From NCBI GenBank assembly GCA_965214705.1, contig OZ243972.1, positions 3,392,001-3,456,000 of the forward strand: DNA of 64,000 nt. Reading direction: 5' to 3'. Both the position numbers and the translations under genes were made by a program. A model generated the notes under the pieces. It ran no database searches. It saw only the letters and a list, made by a program, of their open reading frames with translations, and was not told the DNA's origin. Each line of letters begins with the position of its first letter. Position 1 is the stretch's first letter. Positions 57,981 to 64,000 of this stretch are shown in pieces. Source of the DNA: Alphaproteobacteria bacterium (GTDB lineage Bacteria > Pseudomonadota > Alphaproteobacteria > UBA828).

Positions 57981-59707
57981 GGAGTCCCGGGCAGTTGGTT
58001 GGCCAGTGGCTCGGGGACTGGCGTGGGCGGGCGCGTGCGGCGGCCGAAGCTGCGATCGGGCGGCTGGACGGAGGCCGCGGCGGAGCCGGGAAGGCGCCGG
58101 CGCCGGGCGGAGACGCTCGCGCCGGTGACGCTCGCGGCGGGGACGCCCGTGCCACCGACCTGCCGATCGACAGCAGCGCGATGGACGCGCGCTTCCGCCG
58201 GCTCTGCGCCGTCTTCGCCGACGGGCGCTGCCTGATCGCCGAAGGCTACGAGCCCGACGACCGGCTGCGCCTCGACCTGGTGAAGCTGCGCGAGGCCGGA
58301 ACGATCCCGGCGGTGCTCACGGAAGAGAGCGTGACGCTGGAGGAGATCGCGGCGCTCTGGCGGGTGCATGAGGGCGGCTCCGCGCCGGACGGCGGCGGCG
58401 CGGCCACGCGCCTGCGCTCGCTGCTGAAGGACGCCGCATCGGCGAAGGCCAGCGACGTGGTGTTCGAGCAGGGCCCGGACGCCTGCAAGGTGTTCTGCAT
58501 CGTCAACGACCGCAAGCTGCCGCTGTGCCCGGCCCTCACCCCCGAGGAGGGCCGCCGGGTCATGGGCTTCCTCTTCCACTGCAAGGACGAGGGGAGCTCG
58601 CAGACCAGCTACCGCCGCGCCTCCTTCCAGGGCTTCTCGATCCGCGCCGGCGGCGCCGTGCCCCTGCCGGGCGGCATCTCGGCGCTCCGTTGCGAGCGCG
58701 GGCCTCACGACCCCGACGCCGACCACCTCTTCGCGCGCCTCTTCTACACCGACCGCCTGGATCCGGACACGACGCTGGAAGGGCTGGGGTTCAGCGAGCA
58801 GGAGGCCGCGCTGTTCGCCGAGATCCGCATGGCGATGCAGGGCGGGGTGTTCATCGGCGGGCGCGCCGGCGACGGCAAGAGCACCACGCTCGCCGTCAAC
58901 CTGGCGCTCCAGATGGCCGAGATGGCGGGCCAGCTCAACCTGGTGACGCTCGAGGACCCGGTCGAGTACCGCATCCCCGGCGCGATCCAGATCGCGGTGC
59001 CCACGTCGGGCGCCGGCGAGACCCGCGCCGGACACTTCAAGGAGGCCCTGATGCACTTCTGCCGGGTGCATCCGGCGTCCGGCATGGTCTCGGAGATCAG
59101 GGACGCCGACGCCGCCCGGCAGGTGCTCCAGTGCGTCGACACCGGGCACCAGATCTGGACCACCATCCACGTCCACAACGCCAACGCGATCCCCTTCCGG
59201 CTGATCGACATGGGGGTGGGCGCGGCCGAGGTGGCGAAGCCCGGCAACGTGGCGCTGCTGATGAAGCAGACGCTGTTGCCGAAGCTGTGCCAGGCCTGCG
59301 CGCTGGACCGCCCGGCGGGCGGGCGTGCGGTGCCGGAGGGGCTGATTTCGCGCCTCGGCGGGATCGAGGGGCTGCGCTTCAGGAACGCAAAGGGGTGCGT
59401 CGAGTGCCGGCGGAAGGGCGGCGGCAAGGTCTCGGCGCGGGCCTGGAACGGCTATCTCGGCCAGACCGCGATCGCGGAGTCCATCCGCCCGGACGCGGGC
59501 TACCTGCGCTTCGTCCGCGCGGGCGATCCCCTCGGCGCCTGGGCGTACTGGCGAAGCGAGATGGGCGGCGTTCCCATCGGGGTGCGCATCCGCGCCATGG
59601 TGAAGCAGGGCGCGGTCGATCCCTTCGACGCGCTGCTCAAGGGCGGAGCGGGAGAGCACGAGGCGCAGGCCGATCCCGTGCCCGACGATCCCGGAGACAC
59701 CGCGTGA
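57977..59707 (+). CDS. pilQ: Type IVb pilus assembly ATPase (PilQ; GspE/PilB family)
   Basis: ASDV, Walker A GRAGDGKSTT, TLEDPVEY, SEIRD, TGHQIWTTIH, CxxC...CxxC. Confidence 0.88.
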   Translation: MRSPGQLVGQWLGDWRGRARAAAEAAIGRLDGGRGGAGKAPAPGGDARAGDARGGDARATDLPIDSSAMDARFRRLCAVFADGRCLIAEGYEPDDRLRLDLVKLREAGTIPAVLTEESVTLEEIAALWRVHEGGSAPDGGGAATRLRSLLKDAASAKASDVVFEQGPDACKVFCIVNDRKLPLCPALTPEEGRRVMGFLFHCKDEGSSQTSYRRASFQGFSIRAGGAVPLPGGISALRCERGPHDPDADHLFARLFYTDRLDPDTTLEGLGFSEQEAALFAEIRMAMQGGVFIGGRAGDGKSTTLAVNLALQMAEMAGQLNLVTLEDPVEYRIPGAIQIAVPTSGAGETRAGHFKEALMHFCRVHPASGMVSEIRDADAARQVLQCVDTGHQIWTTIHVHNANAIPFRLIDMGVGAAEVAKPGNVALLMKQTLLPKLCQACALDRPAGGRAVPEGLISRLGGIEGLRFRNAKGCVECRRKGGGKVSARAWNGYLGQTAIAESIRPDAGYLRFVRAGDPLGAWAYWRSEMGGVPIGVRIRAMVKQGAVDPFDALLKGGAGEHEAQADPVPDDPGDTA

Positions 59708-60756
59708 TCGCCCGGCTCGCCATGCCGCTGCGCCGCGTTCATGCCGCGCTGGTGATGGGGCGGAAGGCGCGCGTCGACTGCTTCCAGACCGTGGCCGACC
59801 TGCTCGCGGCAGGGTTCGAGCTGGAGCGCGCCCTCGGCGTCGCCGCGCGGGCCATGGGTGGGGGCGCCCGGGCCCGCCTGATCGCGTCGTGGCGGGCGGC
59901 GCTGCCGGCCGGAGGCTTCGCGGACGCCATGGCCGCCTCCGTGCCGCCGGCCGAGGCGATGATATTCGAGGCCTACGGAAGGGTGGACGCCGGGCGGCTG
60001 TTCGCCGCCGCTGCGCGCATCGCGGAGCTGCGCGAGCGCCAGATCGCCGCGGTGCGGAAGGCGCTCGCCATGCCGCTCCTGCTGGGAGTGGCGGTGGTCA
60101 CCATGCTGTGGGCCGCCGGCGGCTGGTTCGTGCCCGTGCTCGAAGGGGTGGTTCCGCCCGAGCAGTGGGGCCCGGCGGCAGGCCTCTTCCGGGCCGCCTC
60201 GTCCTGGCTCTACGCGCAGCCGCTGGCCTTTGCGGGGCTCTGCGTGGCCGTCCTCGTGCCGCTCGGGCTCGCCACGGTGCTGTGGACCGGGCCGGGGCGG
60301 ACCGCGCTCGACCGCATCGCGCCCTTCTCGCTCTACCGCACCGTCACCGGCTCGGCCTTCCTGTTCGTGGTGCTCGAGATGCTGGGCGCGGGCCTCGACC
60401 TCAACGACCGCGCCTTCGAGGACCTCAAGCGCCGCGCCGGCCCCTACGCCCGCCACCGCATCGGCGCGATCCAGCGCCACATGGTGCGGGGCGCCGGGCT
60501 GGGCCGCGCCATGGCGCTGGCCGGCCACGGCTTCCCCGACCCCTCGCTGGTGCCGGTGGTGGCGGCCCTCGACGGCGTGCCCGGCTGGGAGGCGAAGCTC
60601 TCCGGCTTCGTCGCGCGCTGGGTGGACCGCTCCGAGGACCTGCTGCGGACCCGCGCCGCCGGGCTCAACGCGGCGCTGCTGATCCTGGTCACGCTGAGCG
60701 TCGCCGCCGGCATCGACGCCATGTTCTCGATCCTGCAACAGGCCGGACGGTCATGA
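59704..60756 (+). CDS. pilR: Type IVb pilus inner-membrane platform protein (PilR; GspF family)
   Basis: Three TM segments; WTGPGRTALDRIAPFSLYRTVTGSAFL; GLGRAMALAGHGFPD. Confidence 0.85.
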   Translation: MIARLAMPLRRVHAALVMGRKARVDCFQTVADLLAAGFELERALGVAARAMGGGARARLIASWRAALPAGGFADAMAASVPPAEAMIFEAYGRVDAGRLFAAAARIAELRERQIAAVRKALAMPLLLGVAVVTMLWAAGGWFVPVLEGVVPPEQWGPAAGLFRAASSWLYAQPLAFAGLCVAVLVPLGLATVLWTGPGRTALDRIAPFSLYRTVTGSAFLFVVLEMLGAGLDLNDRAFEDLKRRAGPYARHRIGAIQRHMVRGAGLGRAMALAGHGFPDPSLVPVVAALDGVPGWEAKLSGFVARWVDRSEDLLRTRAAGLNAALLILVTLSVAAGIDAMFSILQQAGRS

Positions 60757-60776
60757 CCCAAGCGAAAGGAGACATC

Positions 60777-61427
60777 ATGAGAGACACTCGTGCCGGAGAA
60801 ACCGCAGGTTTCGGGCCTTCCGGCCTCCCTTCTTCCGGCCTCGCGACAGGCGGCGCCCGGCGATCGATACGGCGTTTCGGCGCCAGGCGCTGGCGGCGCG
60901 GCTTCAGCCTGTTCGGCGTGCTGCTCGGGCTCGGCCTCGCCGCCGTGGTGATCGTCGGCGCCGTCGGCACCTACAACGCGGCCCGGGAGGCCGCCAACCG
61001 GAGCGCCGCGCTGACGCTGCTGAGCCAACTCCGGGCCAACGTCGAGGCGGCCTTCGCCGGCGCACCGAGCTACGGCAACAATGCCGACCTGGTGCCGGCC
61101 ATCGACCGGCGCGGCGGCATCCCCGGCGGCGCCCGCGTGGCGGCCGGCAGCGGCGTCGAGATCCGCCATCCCTTCGGCGGGGAGGTTACGGTCACCGGCG
61201 GGCCGGGCGGGATCACCAACCGCTTCCGCATCACCTTCGAGGACGTGGACGACGCCATCTGCGCGGCGCTGGGCGACGCTTTCGCCGGGCGCAGCCGCGC
61301 CCGCGCCGGCCTCGTGCAGATGACGATCAACGGCACCGGGCTCGCCTCGCCCGTGACCAACGCCCAGGTCACCGCCAACTGCGACGACGGCGATGCCGAC
61401 AACGACATCGGGTTCACTTTCGGATGA
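60777..61427 (+). CDS. pilS: Type IVb major pilin (PilS-like)
   Basis: RBS AAGGAG before ATG 60777 (alternative start 60753); long leader, RRRG|FSLFGVLLGLGL hydrophobic helix, IRHPFGGEVTV, two C-terminal Cys. Confidence 0.82.
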   Translation: MRDTRAGETAGFGPSGLPSSGLATGGARRSIRRFGARRWRRGFSLFGVLLGLGLAAVVIVGAVGTYNAAREAANRSAALTLLSQLRANVEAAFAGAPSYGNNADLVPAIDRRGGIPGGARVAAGSGVEIRHPFGGEVTVTGGPGGITNRFRITFEDVDDAICAALGDAFAGRSRARAGLVQMTINGTGLASPVTNAQVTANCDDGDADNDIGFTFG

Positions 61428-62782
61428 CGGCCGGAGGCCGAAGACCCTCGGGCTCGGGGTCGAAGGGCATGGATGCGCGGCAGCCGACGTCCAGGCGGAG
61501 ACCCGTGCCGGAGAAACAGCGCAGGCGCGGGGCGTACCAGGGCGTTCCCCTGTACCGGGGCGTTCCCCCGTTCCGGCTTATCCGCCTGCGCCTGATGAAG
61601 CTGAGGCCGCTCCCGTGGCGGGGCCGGGGCACGCGCGGTCGCGACCGGCGCGGTCGCGACCGGTGCGGCGCGGGCGCGCTACTCGGCGTGCTGCTGCTGG
61701 GAGCGCTGGCGGGCGCGGCGCTGGCAGTTCACTACGAGACGCGGGCGGCCGAACGTGTGCAGGCCCTCGACCGCGCCGCGGGCCGCGTGTTCGCAGGCTG
61801 GGTGCATGCGGCGCACCGGGCGACCCAGGCCCACGCCGACGCCTTCGAGACGGCGCTCGAGACCCAGGTGGGTATCGTGCTCACCGTGGCGCGGTTGAGC
61901 GCGCTGGGCGCGGCGCCGCCGGACCTGCCCGCGCGTCCGGGGCGCAACGCCGCCATGACGCTCGGGGTCATCCCGGACGGCACGTCCCGGCGGACTCCGA
62001 TGGCGTTCGGGGTGCTTGAGCCCGCCGCGTCGTCGCGCCCCACGGCGATGCGCGAGGGCGCGCTGGAAGCGGGCCTCGCGGCGGTGGCGCCCGGCGGGGG
62101 CGCGCTCATGGAGGGGCACAGGCCGGCGATCGAGGCGGCGCTCGGCCGGATCCTCGGCGCGGACGCCCTCTGGGTCACCTCGGACCGGGGAATTCGGTAC
62201 CGCGAGCGCGCGCTCCATCGCCGCGCGCAGCCGGGTCGGCCCTGGCTCAACCGCATGGAGACCACGCTGGAGATGGCCCCGCCCGGCGCCGCGGACCCGG
62301 CGCACCCCGCGCGGCGGAACATAACGGATGCGGGTGCGGTGGACGCAGTGTCGGCCGAGGCCGGGACCGACGTGGCCGCGGGCGGGGACGCAACGGCGGG
62401 CGGCCGCGCGGATGCGGCGGGGCTGAGGGCGGAGACGGTCGAGGCGGGCGATCTCGCGGCGTCCGCGTTCGCGGTGACCGCCGATCTCGTGGTGGGCGCC
62501 GCCGTCACCGGGCGCCTCGCGGCCGACCGGGTGACGGCGACCGGGCCTCTGGAGGCCGGCGCTGTTCGCAGCACGGGCGCGCTCGATGCGGCGGCGCTGT
62601 CGGTGGCCGGGGACGCGGCGGTCGAAGGGGCGGCGGGGGCACGGGCGGTTGCCAGCGAGACTCTCGACGTGACGCAGTCGCTGAGCGGATCGCGGACCGC
62701 AGCCGGCGGTGTCTACGGCCCCGACGCCACGATCTCCGGCCTGCTCACCGTCGGCAGCTGCGCCGGCTGCGAGGGGCAGTAG
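61424..62782 (+). CDS. PilV-like minor pilin/adhesin 1
   Basis: G|ALLGVLLLGAL hydrophobic N-terminus; ALHRRAQPGRPWLNRMETTLEM (PilV constant-region motif); A/G/V/T-rich repeat stalk; ends TVGSCAGC. Start uncertain (possibly ATG 61595). Confidence 0.65.
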   Translation: MTAGGRRPSGSGSKGMDARQPTSRRRPVPEKQRRRGAYQGVPLYRGVPPFRLIRLRLMKLRPLPWRGRGTRGRDRRGRDRCGAGALLGVLLLGALAGAALAVHYETRAAERVQALDRAAGRVFAGWVHAAHRATQAHADAFETALETQVGIVLTVARLSALGAAPPDLPARPGRNAAMTLGVIPDGTSRRTPMAFGVLEPAASSRPTAMREGALEAGLAAVAPGGGALMEGHRPAIEAALGRILGADALWVTSDRGIRYRERALHRRAQPGRPWLNRMETTLEMAPPGAADPAHPARRNITDAGAVDAVSAEAGTDVAAGGDATAGGRADAAGLRAETVEAGDLAASAFAVTADLVVGAAVTGRLAADRVTATGPLEAGAVRSTGALDAAALSVAGDAAVEGAAGARAVASETLDVTQSLSGSRTAAGGVYGPDATISGLLTVGSCAGCEGQ

Positions 62783-62785
62783 GCG

Positions 62786-63952
62786 ATGAGACGCGCCGCG
62801 GCAAGCACGCGCGACATCCGGGAATGGGCCTTGCGGCCCGGTCGGGGACGGAGCCTGCGGCTCACTCGCGGTCTCGGCCTCTTCGAGGGTCTGCTGGCGC
62901 TGGGGCTGCTCGGGCTGCTGGTGCTGGGGGCCACGGTGTTCTTCGAGACGCAGGCGCTGGAGAAGCGCGGGCGCCTCGCGGCGGTGCAGCTCTCGGTGCT
63001 GGCGGAAGCGGCCGCGTCGTACGCCCACAGCCGCTTCCCCGCCCTGCTGACGCAGGCGCAGGCGGGACCGTCGGAACTCGCGTTGGCGACGCTCAAGGCG
63101 GCGGGATCGCTCACGGACGATTTCTCCGAGGTCGATGCGCTCGGGCGCGCCTACCGGGTGCTGATGCTGGCGGCCGGGCCGGACGCCTTCGACCTGCTGG
63201 CGACGGAGACCGTGGATGCCGGCGACACCGTGCGCCCGGCGGCTGCGCTGCTGGAGGCGGCGGGGCCTCGCGTGGGCCTCGCCGGCCCCTCGCGACTCTC
63301 GGGACCAACGGTGGACGCCGATCTCGCGGCCTTCCGGGCGGCCTTTTCCGGAGCGCCCGTGGAGGGGGCGCTGGCGGCGCTCAGGCGCTTCGACCACGGC
63401 AGCGTCTACGGCGATGCGCTCTACCGCGTCGCGATCCCCGGCTTCGCCGAGGCCAACCGCATGGAGGCCGATCTCGACATGGCGGGCAACGCCATCGAGG
63501 GCGCGGGCACGATCGAGGCGGCGAGCCTGGACGTGGAGAGGGATCTCACTGCGGGCGGCGATTTCACGGTGACCGGCGATCTCGTCGTGGGCCGCGCCGT
63601 GCGCGCCTCGGGCACGGTCGAGGCGGGAGGGGCGATGACGGCCGCGGCGGCGCGCATATCGGGGCCGGCCTCGGCGGCGTCGATGACGGTCACGGGCGCG
63701 GTGCGTGCGCAGACCGTGGAGGCGGTGAACCGGGTCGAGGCCGCGTCCATCGGCGCCGCCGGCGCGGTGGCCGCCGGCAGCGCGCGGCTGGGCGGCCTCG
63801 ACGCCCGGTCGGTGACCGCCCGGACGATGACAGCGGATTCGGTCGCCGCCGCCTCCGTCACGGCCACGCGGGTGCAGGCGGGCACGCGGCTCGATGCGGT
63901 CGACGCCGGCATTTCGCGCTTGGTCGTCGGGCGCTGCCAGGGGTGCCGGTGA
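62786..63952 (+). CDS. pilV: PilV-like minor pilin/adhesin 2 (shufflon N-terminal-type constant region)
   Basis: RG|LGLFEGLLAL prepilin motif; LKAAGSLTDDF; ALYRVAIPGFAEANRMEADLDMAGN; ends VVGRCQGC. Confidence 0.75.
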   Translation: MRRAAASTRDIREWALRPGRGRSLRLTRGLGLFEGLLALGLLGLLVLGATVFFETQALEKRGRLAAVQLSVLAEAAASYAHSRFPALLTQAQAGPSELALATLKAAGSLTDDFSEVDALGRAYRVLMLAAGPDAFDLLATETVDAGDTVRPAAALLEAAGPRVGLAGPSRLSGPTVDADLAAFRAAFSGAPVEGALAALRRFDHGSVYGDALYRVAIPGFAEANRMEADLDMAGNAIEGAGTIEAASLDVERDLTAGGDFTVTGDLVVGRAVRASGTVEAGGAMTAAAARISGPASAASMTVTGAVRAQTVEAVNRVEAASIGAAGAVAAGSARLGGLDARSVTARTMTADSVAAASVTATRVQAGTRLDAVDAGISRLVVGRCQGCR

Positions 63953-64000
63953 TGCGGGGGCCGGCAAGGAAGAGGAAGGGCGGGGCCGCGATGGCGTTGG

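Larger units (their letters stand above)
53676..60794. repeat. Dispersed imperfect palindrome, core CACTCGTGCC (extended AGACACTCGTGCCGG)
   Basis: Exact 10-mer at 53676(+), 54038(-), 56701(-), 57012(-), 57671(+), 57743(-), 60785(+); degenerate copies at 57653, 57726, 58111-58155 (x3) and ~61499. Confidence 0.85.

Noticed and set aside
61540-61665. Short tandem duplications (GGCGTTCCCC twice; CGCGGTCGCGACCGG twice)
   Set aside because: Only two copies each in a prepilin leader region; consistent with local slippage, no function supportable.
63952-64000. Start of a further gene (ATG 63952, or 63991 after AGGAG)
   Set aside because: Too little sequence to call.

Overview
High-GC bacterial (probably proteobacterial) window in three parts. 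(1) 1-24.8 kb is a catabolic/uptake region. It holds two complete Liv-type ABC importers, two convergent hydantoinase/oxoprolinase A+B pairs, an isochorismatase-family amidase, an adenylate-forming CoA ligase and an M19 dipeptidase, plus a partial IS1634 and an intact ISKra4-family IS (8-bp target duplication). (2) 24.8-26.9 kb is a junction of mobile-element debris: an IS110 remnant interrupted by an intact IS5, a possible IS3 end and an inverted integrase fragment. (3) 26.9-64 kb is visibly more GC-rich and looks like an integrative (conjugative) element. It carries tandem tyrosine integrases, a cytochrome P450, a PAS-LuxR regulator with matching palindromic boxes, a (GAGCC)10 microsatellite before a 4756-aa repeat-rich autotransporter-like adhesin, a split FseA-like (DUF6499/DUF2285) activator and a TA+HEPN-like cassette. 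It ends in a translationally coupled operon that starts with an RdfS-like excisionase (preceded by an FseA-box-like GCGAA-N16-TTCGC) and continues through a type IVb pilus cluster: pilN-O, a CFI-box protein, an unknown protein, pilP-Q-R-S and two pilV-like genes. A recurrent imperfect palindrome (core CACTCGTGCC) is scattered through this cluster. Best candidate for an undescribed system: an FseA/RdfS excision switch wired directly to an atypical type IVb pilus operon. All family calls come from motif recognition by eye; no database searches were run.
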